This document shows positions 28,883 through 38,077 of a DNA stretch of 64,000 nucleotides, piece by piece. The DNA lies in contig JBBANI010000002.1 in the NCBI GenBank assembly GCA_040402015.1, positions 46,456-110,455 on the forward strand, given 5' to 3'. The number at the start of each line of letters is the position of its first letter. Position 1 is the stretch's first letter. The position numbers were made by a program, and so were the translations under genes. The stretch is from Ilumatobacteraceae bacterium (GTDB taxonomy: Bacteria > Actinomycetota > Acidimicrobiia > Acidimicrobiales > Ilumatobacteraceae). A model generated the notes under the pieces. The model did not search any database. It was not told the origin of the DNA and saw only the letters and a program-made list of their open reading frames with translations.

Positions 28883-30070
28883 ATGGCACGTACCCAAAAC
28901 TCAGTAGTAATTATCGACACCCTGCGCACCCCCATCGGCAAGCGCAACGGCGGTTTGTCCACTTTGCACCCCGGCGAATTGCTCGGCATTGTGCAAAAAG
29001 GAATTCTCGACCGCACAGGCATAGACCCAGCACTTGTCGAGCAAGTAGTTGGTGGTTGTGTTAGCCAAGTCGGCGAACAAGCTTTCAACATCACTCGCAC
29101 TGCATGGTTGGCTGCCGGCCTGCCGCTCACCACTGCTGCAACAACAATCGATACACAATGCGGTTCATCTCAGCAAGCAACTGGTCTTGCAAGTTCACTC
29201 ATCGGTTCAGGCGTCGTCGACATTGCAATCGCATGTGGCGTTGAAGTAATGAGCCGAGTACCCATCGGCGCCTCCGGACGCAAAGATTTTGGTCTCGGAA
29301 TCCCCCTTCCAAAGACATACTTCGAAGAGTATGAAATGACTTCACAGTTCGAAGGCGCAGAGCGCATCGCAGACAAGTGGGGCATCTCACGCGAAGACAC
29401 CGACAAGTGGGGCCTCATCTCACAACAGCGCGCAATCCGTGCGTGGGAAGAAGACCGCTTCTCTGGTCAGTACATCGAAGTCGATGCACCTGAGGTCAAC
29501 GAAGCTGGCGAAGTTACTGGCACACGTCGCGTCTCACGCGATGAAGGCCTTCGCGAGACCACTCTTGAAAAACTCAGCACATTGAAGCCAGTGGGCCGCC
29601 CAGACGGCGTCCATACAGCCGGAAACTCATCACAGATTTCTGATGGTGCATCGGCTGTTCTCATGATGACAGAAGACAAAGCCAACCAATTGGGACTCAA
29701 GGCACGTGCTCGCATCGTTGATTCTTGCCTAGTTGGGGTTGATCCGGTACTCATGTTGACAGGACCAATTGATGCAACCCAGCGTCTCCTTCAGCGCAAC
29801 AACTTGAAGATCTCAGACATTGACGTGTTTGAAATCAACGAGGCGTTTGCATCTGTCGTTCTCGCTTGGGCTAAAGAAGTTGGAGCAGACCCAGAGCGCA
29901 CAAACCCTAACGGTGGTGCAATTGCTCTTGGTCATCCACTCGGCGCAACAGGCGCTTTTCTTGTCACCAAGGCACTGAACGAACTCGAGCGCACCGGTGG
30001 TCGCTACGCAATCGTTTCAATGTGCTGTGGTGGTGGCCTCGGAACCGGCACGCTCATCGAGCGTCTCTAA
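28883..30070 (+). CDS. acetyl-CoA C-acyltransferase (thiolase)
   Basis: Active-site Cys in IDTQCGSSQQA, NPNGGAIALGHPLGATG, and C-terminal MCCGGGLG. Confidence 0.9.
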   Translation: MARTQNSVVIIDTLRTPIGKRNGGLSTLHPGELLGIVQKGILDRTGIDPALVEQVVGGCVSQVGEQAFNITRTAWLAAGLPLTTAATTIDTQCGSSQQATGLASSLIGSGVVDIAIACGVEVMSRVPIGASGRKDFGLGIPLPKTYFEEYEMTSQFEGAERIADKWGISREDTDKWGLISQQRAIRAWEEDRFSGQYIEVDAPEVNEAGEVTGTRRVSRDEGLRETTLEKLSTLKPVGRPDGVHTAGNSSQISDGASAVLMMTEDKANQLGLKARARIVDSCLVGVDPVLMLTGPIDATQRLLQRNNLKISDIDVFEINEAFASVVLAWAKEVGADPERTNPNGGAIALGHPLGATGAFLVTKALNELERTGGRYAIVSMCCGGGLGTGTLIERL

Positions 30071-30084
30071 TCAAAGGAGCGCGC

Positions 30085-30591
30085 ATGGCGCGCAATCATG
30101 TGGCCGTCATGGCCGTTCTATTCTCGTCGTTTCTATTTGGCTGCGCCCAAAAACACACCACCGTCACACCAGACGGCCGTGTTCATGGCGTCATCACGCA
30201 TGTCACCGACGGCGACACTGTTGCTGTTCGTTTTGGTAGTACCACAGAAAAAATTCGACTCATTGGGGTTGATACTCCCGAGACCAAGCACCCAACCAAA
30301 CCGGTCGGATGTTGGGGACCTGAAGCATCTGCACATACAACAGCACTGCTGCCGCCAGGCACTGACGTGTACATCGTGCGCGATACCGAAGCACGCGACA
30401 AATACCGGCGATTGTTGGCATACATCTACCGAACAGCGGACGACCTCTTTGTGAACTATGAATTGCTTGCAGGCGGATGGGGCGTACCGCTTTCCATTGC
30501 ACCAAACACCGCTTTCGAAACTGACTTTGCAGCTGCTGCATATTCAGCGCAGCAAGCCAATCTCGGATTATGGGCACATTGTCGGGGGTAG
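30085..30591 (+). CDS. thermonuclease (SNase-like) lipoprotein
   Basis: AAAGGAG RBS ahead of the ATG at 30085. Lipobox LFGC. SNase motif TDGDTVAV..IRLIGVDTPE. Confidence 0.8.
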   Translation: MARNHVAVMAVLFSSFLFGCAQKHTTVTPDGRVHGVITHVTDGDTVAVRFGSTTEKIRLIGVDTPETKHPTKPVGCWGPEASAHTTALLPPGTDVYIVRDTEARDKYRRLLAYIYRTADDLFVNYELLAGGWGVPLSIAPNTAFETDFAAAAYSAQQANLGLWAHCRG

Positions 30592-30600
30592 GGTTTCTCT

Positions 30601-31440
30601 ATGCCAAACAGCCGCTCTCTCGCATCACGATTGGGCTATAGCGACGATGCTCGGCTGGTCATCATCTCTTGTGACGACCTCGGGTCATGTCATGGCGCAA
30701 CCGAAGGCGTGTACCAAGCCATTCGAAACGGAGTTGCTACATGTGCATCCATCATGGTGCCTGCGCCGTGGGCCCGTTACGCAGCAGATCAATACAACGG
30801 CGAAGACATTGGCGTTCACCTCACACTCAATGCCGAACACCCGTTGTACCGGTGGGGCCCGCTTACTCATGCACCATCGTTGTTGTCAGGCGAAGGCGGC
30901 TTTCCCCGTTCAGTAGATGACTTGTGGGAACATGCTGACTCAACCGAAGTACTGCGCGAATGTCGTGCCCAAATTGAACGTGCGTTGGCGTGGGGAATTG
31001 ATGTCTCTCACCTTGCACCACATCTGACATCCATCACTTTGCGCCCCGAATTTTTTGACGTGTACCTCGAACTAGCTGTGGAATTCAAACTTCCTATTCG
31101 TTTGCCATCCACAATTTCGGCATCAGCAGCTGGTTTTCCATTCCGCCAGTTAGCTGCAGATGAAGGAATCGTGTTTCCTGATCATTTTGACCACGACTGG
31201 CGCACAGGCAGTCGTGAGCGAGTTCTTTCTGCTCTTGGTGCACTTGAGCCAGGTGTTACTGAAATTCACGTACAGCCATCAATTGATACTGCAGAAGTGC
31301 GCGCATTAGGTGACGTTGCAATCGGATGGATCGACGACCTTACGCTCGCCACAAGCGATGAACTACGCAATGCTGTCACTGCAAGTGGTGCTGTGCTCAT
31401 TGGCTATCGCGCTTTACGCGACGCTATGCGTCTTGGCTAA
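30601..31440 (+). CDS. ChbG/YdjC-family carbohydrate deacetylase
   Basis: 279 aa with the N-terminal CDDLGSCHGATEGV (DD.G metal-binding motif) of the YdjC family. Confidence 0.7.
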   Translation: MPNSRSLASRLGYSDDARLVIISCDDLGSCHGATEGVYQAIRNGVATCASIMVPAPWARYAADQYNGEDIGVHLTLNAEHPLYRWGPLTHAPSLLSGEGGFPRSVDDLWEHADSTEVLRECRAQIERALAWGIDVSHLAPHLTSITLRPEFFDVYLELAVEFKLPIRLPSTISASAAGFPFRQLAADEGIVFPDHFDHDWRTGSRERVLSALGALEPGVTEIHVQPSIDTAEVRALGDVAIGWIDDLTLATSDELRNAVTASGAVLIGYRALRDAMRLG

Positions 31441-32354
31441 CGAATACCGACAAACATGTCGGTTTCCATCATTCCTTCTGGAACCTCACGATGATGACTC
31501 TGCGCCAGAATCCAATCTTCCCATGGGTACACATCAGATAATTCTGCATCGGTGAGTCCGAACCAAAACTTGGCAGTCGGATCTACCTGAGTAGCGTGTG
31601 CACGCAACGATTGAGTACGTGCATAAAGATAATCGCCGATATGTAACCGAGTTGTGACGCGATGATCTTGTGATGGGCGATTACGCCAGTTCTCATCGAA
31701 CGGAGATTCGCCGTACTTTAATACCAATGCTTCATGAACTGCCAAGATGCGCTCTTTTGCCCACAAGGTGTAATACATCTTTTGTGGTTGCCATGGTTCG
31801 CCAGCATCTGGGTACCACGCAGGGTCGCCTGCACGATCAAATGCCAACACACTGGCATCATGCACGCGTAAGTGATCGGGGTGCGGATAACTGGCCTGAT
31901 CATCGTTGTACGTGAGAATCACATGCGGCCGTTCACGGCGAATAAGGCGAACAAGACGTCCCGCAGCTTCATCAAGATCTGCCATATGAAAGCAATCAGG
32001 ATTGTTGTTTGATTCAGACCCTGCCATGCCGGAATCTCGGTAGCCCAACATATGCAACGATGAAAACCCAATCGCCTCGACGGATTTGCGCAGTTCTTCA
32101 GGGCGCACAATTGCCAGATGAGCACGTTCTTGTTCTGGCGTCATATTGTGAAAGGGCTGGCCCGGCTCACGCAATGCAGGATTCTGCAGATCGCCTTCTT
32201 CTCCACCCGTGCAGCACACAAGTACGGTGCGAACGCCCTCTGCAAAGTACTTGGCCACCGTCGGGGCACCTTTTGATGCCTCATCATCTGGATGGGCATG
32301 AATAGTCATGAGACAAAGAGGATCTCCCAAGGAAGACAATTGCGGGGTAGGCAT
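31437..32354 (-). CDS. mca: mycothiol S-conjugate amidase (LmbE/PIG-L family)
   Basis: AHPDDEA zinc motif and YPHPDH. The stretch PDAGEPWQPQKMYY..LRAHATQVDP closely parallels mycobacterial Mca as I recall it. MshB cannot be fully excluded. Confidence 0.75.
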   Translation of the reverse strand: MPTPQLSSLGDPLCLMTIHAHPDDEASKGAPTVAKYFAEGVRTVLVCCTGGEEGDLQNPALREPGQPFHNMTPEQERAHLAIVRPEELRKSVEAIGFSSLHMLGYRDSGMAGSESNNNPDCFHMADLDEAAGRLVRLIRRERPHVILTYNDDQASYPHPDHLRVHDASVLAFDRAGDPAWYPDAGEPWQPQKMYYTLWAKERILAVHEALVLKYGESPFDENWRNRPSQDHRVTTRLHIGDYLYARTQSLRAHATQVDPTAKFWFGLTDAELSDVYPWEDWILAQSHHREVPEGMMETDMFVGIR

Positions 32355-32625
32355 CCATGACAGGATAGTGACCCAGCCACCCTGAACCGAACACGCTGGG
32401 GGGTTGTTCCACCGCTAAGGGTGTTCAATCTGTGAGAATAGAGGTATCGACTTCTCCACCACCGCCCTGCCAATCGGCATCTTTGAGACGGACATCAACT
32501 GTCGTCTCACCGCAGGCAATGTTGCTTTTCGCGCATTAGTCCTTGGTGGAGCACCGCTCAGTGTCGGTACCGCACCATGGGTCAATGCGTTACCACACGA
32601 ACGAACTGAATGTGAACAACGGTGG

Positions 32626-34527
32626 GTGCAACATCGCGATAATGGCGAAACGTTTTCCGTGGAATTTCGAATTGGTTTAGCAACAGGTGAAGTTATGTGG
32701 ATTCAAGTATCCACACAACCCGTTGTTATCGATGGCGCACTTGCCGGATACATCGGCACAGCACTTGATTGCACCACTCTTGTGACACAACGCCAACTGT
32801 CGGATCAGCTCGTCGGTCTGCTCGATGTCTCTGGTGATGCTGTGCTGGTTTTTGATCGTGTTGGTGAACTGATGTTTGCTAATGACACTGCACGCCGACT
32901 AATTGGCGTCACAGACCCAGGTGCAGGTGCCGGCGATGTTGCCGCACGCACGTTTATGCAAGCAGTTCGCGACCAATTGCCTCGCGTGTTACTTGACGCT
33001 GCCCCACCAGCGGATTCTTCTCACCGTTGGGAAGGCGAAATTGGCTTTCGATCACCAGATGGCATAGCGCGCACACTGTCAGTTGTTGTGCAAGTAGTGC
33101 GAGACCCTGATGGCAGTGTCCATCATTGGGCCACAATCACGCGTGACATCACAGAAGAACGCCAGTCCCAAGCAGAACTTGCTCGACAAGCTACTCATGA
33201 TGCCCTGACCGGATTACCGAACCGTGTGTTGTTTGAACGAAAGACAACAGAAGCTCTTGAGCGCAGTCGAACTACGCATTCAAGCGTTGCCGTGTTATTT
33301 ATAGACCTCGACAAACTCAAACATGTCAATGACACCATTGGTCATGCAGTTGGCGACCAACTGATAGTCACTGTTGCACGCCGCCTTGCTGCAGCAACTC
33401 GGCCCAGTGATTTAGTTGCACGCATCAGCGGTGACGAATTTGTCGTGTTGTGCGAAGGACTATTAGACGAACAAGTCGCACTTGACGTTGCTGAACGAAT
33501 TCGCACATCGATTACTGGGCCATTGGTATTGCAAGGCGTCGAAATTGAAGCAGGCGCAAGTATTGGCGTGGCAATGTCAACTCCCGAACTTCTGAACACA
33601 GAATCTGCCGCAGATGCTGCAGTCACATTGTTACGGTCAGCAGACACCGCCATGTATCGCGCAAAGCAACGCGGTCGTGGCAGATCAGAGCTGTACAGCG
33701 AAGATATGCGCACAGCAGCTAAAGCTCGCCAGACACTTGCATCAGAACTTGAACAAGCGCTTGCAGGAAATCAATTCGCGGTGGTCTTTCAACCCATCGA
33801 GTCTGCACATACAGGTCGCGTCGTTGCCGCAGAGGCTCTGTTGAGATGGAATCACCCAACGCGCGGTTTACTCGCACCTGGCGCCTTCCTTGACCTAGCA
33901 GACGAATCAGGCCTTATCGCTCCCATCGGTGACTGGGTACTGAATGAAAGTGCTCGCACCACTGCCGAATGGATTTCCACCGGACTTGTTGATCGCAACA
34001 TGGCAATTCACGTCAATACATCGCGCCGGCAACTGTCTGACATCACTTTTGTTGATCGTGCCCTCACCATTTTGCGTGACAACAATCTTGAAGGTTCTCA
34101 ATTGGTGTTTGAAACCTCCGAGGCAACGTTGGTTGATAACAATCCGTCAGTTCTACGCACAGTCACTGCCCTCAAACGACAAGGAGTTCGCATCGCAGTT
34201 GATGACTTTGGTGCCGGGTACTCATCTCTTGCTTCATTGCGCACCTTCCCTGCTGACTTATTGAAACTTGACGGCACATTGGTGCGCGATGTCGGACGCA
34301 CAGATGGCGGAGACGACCCAATGGTCCGTTCTCTCATTCAGTTAGCACACTCATTGAATTTGATTGTGTGTGCCGAATGGGTGACAACAGAAGATCACGT
34401 ACAACGCCTCAAAGTTCTCGGTTGCGATTTGTTACAGGGCAACCGAATTGGCGAACCAATTTCTGCTGAAGCATTTGCAACCAAACTGCGCAGAACTACG
34501 GCGCAAACAATTCAAGCGACTGATTAG
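32626..34527 (+). CDS. PAS-PAS-GGDEF-EAL c-di-GMP signalling protein (minimal ORF from the first canonical start; the true N-terminus is probably upstream)
   Basis: The GGDEF domain carries the variant SGDEF with the I-site RPSD five residues upstream. The EAL domain has EALLRW, DDFGAGYSSL and KLD. The in-frame PAS-like sequence continues upstream to 32419 (see finding). Confidence 0.85.
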   Translation: MQHRDNGETFSVEFRIGLATGEVMWIQVSTQPVVIDGALAGYIGTALDCTTLVTQRQLSDQLVGLLDVSGDAVLVFDRVGELMFANDTARRLIGVTDPGAGAGDVAARTFMQAVRDQLPRVLLDAAPPADSSHRWEGEIGFRSPDGIARTLSVVVQVVRDPDGSVHHWATITRDITEERQSQAELARQATHDALTGLPNRVLFERKTTEALERSRTTHSSVAVLFIDLDKLKHVNDTIGHAVGDQLIVTVARRLAAATRPSDLVARISGDEFVVLCEGLLDEQVALDVAERIRTSITGPLVLQGVEIEAGASIGVAMSTPELLNTESAADAAVTLLRSADTAMYRAKQRGRGRSELYSEDMRTAAKARQTLASELEQALAGNQFAVVFQPIESAHTGRVVAAEALLRWNHPTRGLLAPGAFLDLADESGLIAPIGDWVLNESARTTAEWISTGLVDRNMAIHVNTSRRQLSDITFVDRALTILRDNNLEGSQLVFETSEATLVDNNPSVLRTVTALKRQGVRIAVDDFGAGYSSLASLRTFPADLLKLDGTLVRDVGRTDGGDDPMVRSLIQLAHSLNLIVCAEWVTTEDHVQRLKVLGCDLLQGNRIGEPISAEAFATKLRRTTAQTIQATD

Positions 34528-35534
34528 CCAACTGCGGGCGCTGGACCAAGTCCGGCGAAATACGCCAACAACGGTGGCGCCTCATTTGCAAGGCGAAAGA
34601 CAAACTGGCTCCCCGCCCAACCATCAGACACAGGCAATGCATATGAGATCGCAGTTCCGTCGCCAATTGGTCGTAATTTGCGCGCAAGATCAATAAGGTC
34701 GAGCCGTTCGTCAACAGACACTGCAGCAGCAAATGCGTCCAGAACATTGTGAGCATCAAGTGGGTGACGCGCTAAATAAATTGCGGCATCTTTGGCAAGC
34801 ATTGACATGAAGGCACGTTGACGTGTACCGCGACCTACGTCTCCAGTGCCTTCTAATCGCCATACGCCATCAATCTTTTCTTCGAAATGACGTGCCCGTG
34901 CGTAACTCAATGCTTCAACGCCTGATTGCAGTTTGCACGCCTTGCGACCGATGTGAAACCCTGTCGCTTTGTCACGTGATGCGCGGGGTACGCATACATG
35001 CACCCCACCAATTGCGTCAACTATCTGTTTGAAACCAGAAAAGTTAATCTCGACGTAATGGTGAATTGGCACATTCAGTGCTCGTTGCACTGTGCGCACT
35101 AAAACATCAGCGCCACGCTGATACGCGGCATTCACTTTTGCGAATCTGTCGTTATCAGACATGCGCACCCATAGGTCACGTGGAATTGACATCATGGACA
35201 CCTGTTTTGCTTTGGTGTCGTACCGCACAAGAATCAACGTGTCTGAACGCATCCCCGGGTTTGCTTCTTCAGTTCCCACTGTCGCAAAATCTTCATCAGA
35301 CGGGTCGGCACTGGCTCGGGAATCAGAACCAACTAACAGAAAATTTTCCACGCCGTCACTCGGCGGCGACAACGCAGGAGTTGCTGCAGGCACCCGACGA
35401 ACAGAATCTAGGTGGGAATTAGTGGCACGGACGATGCCAAGTGCTCCGGCCAGCGACATCACCAAGGCCACGCTCAGCACAAGCATCCATCGAGGGGTCC
35501 CCGCAAGTCGCGAGAATTTCCCATCAGTCAGCAC
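34524..35534 (-). CDS. LytR-CpsA-Psr (LCP) family cell-wall glycopolymer ligase
   Basis: N-terminal TM anchor, LLVGSDSRA and SIPRDLWV motifs. Confidence 0.85.
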   Translation of the reverse strand: MLTDGKFSRLAGTPRWMLVLSVALVMSLAGALGIVRATNSHLDSVRRVPAATPALSPPSDGVENFLLVGSDSRASADPSDEDFATVGTEEANPGMRSDTLILVRYDTKAKQVSMMSIPRDLWVRMSDNDRFAKVNAAYQRGADVLVRTVQRALNVPIHHYVEINFSGFKQIVDAIGGVHVCVPRASRDKATGFHIGRKACKLQSGVEALSYARARHFEEKIDGVWRLEGTGDVGRGTRQRAFMSMLAKDAAIYLARHPLDAHNVLDAFAAAVSVDERLDLIDLARKLRPIGDGTAISYALPVSDGWAGSQFVFRLANEAPPLLAYFAGLGPAPAVG

Positions 35535-35547
35535 ATGACCACGGTAG

Positions 35548-36297
35548 TCAGTCTGAGGTGGGTCGGAGATGCACTACGTCAGCTGTGTCAATGCGATGAC
35601 TTATTGCACAGTCATCGAGAATCACTAAACGACCATCAGGTTCCACTGTGAGAGCACGACCAATGATGTGTTCACCATTCGGCATCTCGGCTCGTACCTG
35701 TGTTCCAACGGTCGCAAGGTTGGCCAGATACTCCTGATTCATTGCATCATCATCAAGTATCAAGAGCCGATCAATCTCGGGAAGCATCGCTGCAAGAAAC
35801 TCATCGGGCGTCACTGCACGAGTCCAGCCACAACTGGCAAGTGACGCTGCACCAGGTGGAGCCCACGACAGATTGCACCCAATGCCCACCACAACGAACG
35901 GCACGTGCCCGCTGTCGTCCACGGGAGCTGCTTGGGCCAAGATGCCAGACAACTTGTCTTGTCCGACCAAGATGTCGTTTGGCCACTTCAATTGAGCCTG
36001 AACACCACATAGCTCACGTGCTGCGATGACACCGGACAGCGCCACGGCTTGAGTCAAAACGTGACGGTGAGTCGGGATAGTGCGAAACAACATCGACACC
36101 AGCAGGTTGGCCCCACGAGGTGCCTCCCATGTGCGGTCTAAGCGCCCACGGCCCGCCGATTGGAAATCCGCCCTCAGAACACTGCGGTCGGGCGCTCCGA
36201 GAACCCCCGCAGCCATGAGGTCAGCATTGGTGCTTCCTGTCTCGGAAACGGTCTGAATGAGCCATGGGCTCGATGAGTTAGTAATTGAGGGGTCCAC
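35548..36297 (-). CDS. birA: biotin--[acetyl-CoA-carboxylase] ligase, group I (no HTH)
   Basis: [19 protein letters not shown] and KWPNDIL motifs. The start is uncertain: GTG 36297 is preferred, and the alternatives TTG 36342 and GTG 36399 lie antisense to accA coding sequence. Confidence 0.8.
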   Translation of the reverse strand: MDPSITNSSSPWLIQTVSETGSTNADLMAAGVLGAPDRSVLRADFQSAGRGRLDRTWEAPRGANLLVSMLFRTIPTHRHVLTQAVALSGVIAARELCGVQAQLKWPNDILVGQDKLSGILAQAAPVDDSGHVPFVVVGIGCNLSWAPPGAASLASCGWTRAVTPDEFLAAMLPEIDRLLILDDDAMNQEYLANLATVGTQVRAEMPNGEHIIGRALTVEPDGRLVILDDCAISHRIDTADVVHLRPTSD

Positions 36298-36316
36298 TAG
36301 ACAAAGATTGTCACCT

Positions 36317-38077
36317 GTGCTGAAGAAAATCCTTATCGCCAATCGCGGCGAAATTGCCGTCCGTGTTATCCGAGCTGCCCGAGAGATGGGAATTGCCACC
36401 GTTGCGGTCTATTCCGAGCTTGATCGCAATGCCCTTCACGTGCGTCTGGCTGATGAGGCGTATGCACTTGGTGGCCAAACAGCAGCTGAGAGCTACCTCA
36501 ATACCGAAGCAATTCTGAAAGCCATCACGGACAGTGGAGCAGATGCCGTTCACCCTGGCTACGGATTCTTTTCAGAGAACCCAGACTTCGCTCGCGCGAT
36601 CACCGCGATGGGCGTTGCGTTCATCGGGCCGCCGCCAGAAGCAATCGATGAAATGGGTGACAAAGTCTCTAGCCGTAAAGCAGCACTGCGCGGCGGAGCC
36701 CCAATAGTTCCTGGCACAACAGAATTTGTTACATCCGCAAAAGAAATTTCTGACTTCGGAAACGAACACGGTTGGCCATTAGCAATTAAAGCTGCATTCG
36801 GTGGTGGCGGACGCGGCATGAAAGTGGTGCAGTCAGCAGACGAAGTGCAGGCAGCAATGGAGTCTGCACAACGCGAGGCAAAGAGCTTCTTTGGTCGTGA
36901 TGAAATTTATATTGAGCGTTACCTCACGTGGCCACGCCACATTGAAGTGCAGTTGGTCGGAGACCAACACGGAAACGTCGTCTGGATCTCCACACGTGAC
37001 TGCTCTGCGCAGCGTCGTCACCAAAAACTTATTGAAGAAGCACCGGCTCCGGGTCTTCCAGCAGGTGTTGAAGAAGCAATGGGTGCAGCTGCTGTTAAAG
37101 CAGCAAAAGCTGTTGGTTATTACAACGCAGGAACAGTGGAATTCATTTTTCAAGATGGAAACTTCTTCTTCCTTGAAATGAACACTCGCCTTCAGGTTGA
37201 GCACCCAGTTACAGAAGTCATCACTGGCATCGACCTTGTTGAATGGCAAATCCGTGTGGCATCCGGTGAGAAATTGCCAATGACACAAAAGGAAGTTCTT
37301 GCTGCTCGCCGCGGACACGCAATTGAAATTCGCATCAACGCCGAAAACCCAGCAGGCGGAAAGTTCCTTCCGTCACCTGGACCCATCACAAAGCTCGTCG
37401 CACCAGATGGCTTTGGTGTGCGCTTTGATGGCGGATATGAATCAGGCGATGAAATCAGCCAGTACTACGACAATCTTGTTGGAAAAGTAATTGTGTGGGG
37501 CCGCGATCGCGATGTAGCAATCGCCCGCGCAATTCGAGCCCTGAAAGAAATGCTTGTGGAAGGAATCGCCACCACCATTCCTGCAGATATCGCAATTCTT
37601 GAACACCCTGACTTTGCGGCAGTGACTCACTCAACAAAGTGGGTAGAAGAAGTTCTTGATCTTTCACATATTGGTACCGCACCAATTACTCCTGCCGGAG
37701 ACGACAACGAACCACTCGTTCAACGCACCACCACTGTTGAAGTCAATGGCCGCCGCTTCGATGTAAAGTTGTGGGTTCCTGAATCTGCTGGTGTTGCATC
37801 ACCAAGCGCAAAAGCCAAAAAGCCAACCCGTAATGCTTCTGCATCTGGAGGTGCCGGCGGTGGCAGTGGCAAGGTGACTGTTCCGATGCAAGGAACAATC
37901 GTGAAGGTTCTTGTTGAAGTAGGCCAAACAGTTGAAGCTGGTCAAAGCGTCGTTGTACTGGAAGCCATGAAGATGGAAAACCAGATCGAAGCAGACAAGT
38001 CTGGCGTTGTGAAGGCAATCAATGTCAAGACCGGCGACACAGTCGGCGCTGGCGACGTTGTCGTCATTATTGAATAG
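36317..38077 (+). CDS. accA: acetyl/propionyl-CoA carboxylase alpha subunit (biotin carboxylase + BCCP), AccA3-like
   Basis: [21 protein letters not shown]-grasp, and C-terminal biotinyl-Lys motif EAMKMEN. The start is GTG 36317, TTG 36308 or ATG 36257; the last would overlap birA. Confidence 0.9.
   Translation: MLKKILIANRGEIAVRVIRAAREMGIATVAVYSELDRNALHVRLADEAYALGGQTAAESYLNTEAILKAITDSGADAVHPGYGFFSENPDFARAITAMGVAFIGPPPEAIDEMGDKVSSRKAALRGGAPIVPGTTEFVTSAKEISDFGNEHGWPLAIKAAFGGGGRGMKVVQSADEVQAAMESAQREAKSFFGRDEIYIERYLTWPRHIEVQLVGDQHGNVVWISTRDCSAQRRHQKLIEEAPAPGLPAGVEEAMGAAAVKAAKAVGYYNAGTVEFIFQDGNFFFLEMNTRLQVEHPVTEVITGIDLVEWQIRVASGEKLPMTQKEVLAARRGHAIEIRINAENPAGGKFLPSPGPITKLVAPDGFGVRFDGGYESGDEISQYYDNLVGKVIVWGRDRDVAIARAIRALKEMLVEGIATTIPADIAILEHPDFAAVTHSTKWVEEVLDLSHIGTAPITPAGDDNEPLVQRTTTVEVNGRRFDVKLWVPESAGVASPSAKAKKPTRNASASGGAGGGSGKVTVPMQGTIVKVLVEVGQTVEAGQSVVVLEAMKMENQIEADKSGVVKAINVKTGDTVGAGDVVVIIE

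Noticed and set aside
30085-30591. Nuclease gene as a possible toxin or defence effector
   Set aside because: It is an ordinary staphylococcal-nuclease-fold lipoprotein (lipobox LFGC) with no immunity or partner gene, consistent with an extracellular scavenging nuclease.
36833-37318. 161-aa minus-strand ORF inside accA
   Set aside because: It lies antisense to the ATP-grasp domain of a highly conserved enzyme. It is Cys/Phe-rich and implausible as a protein.
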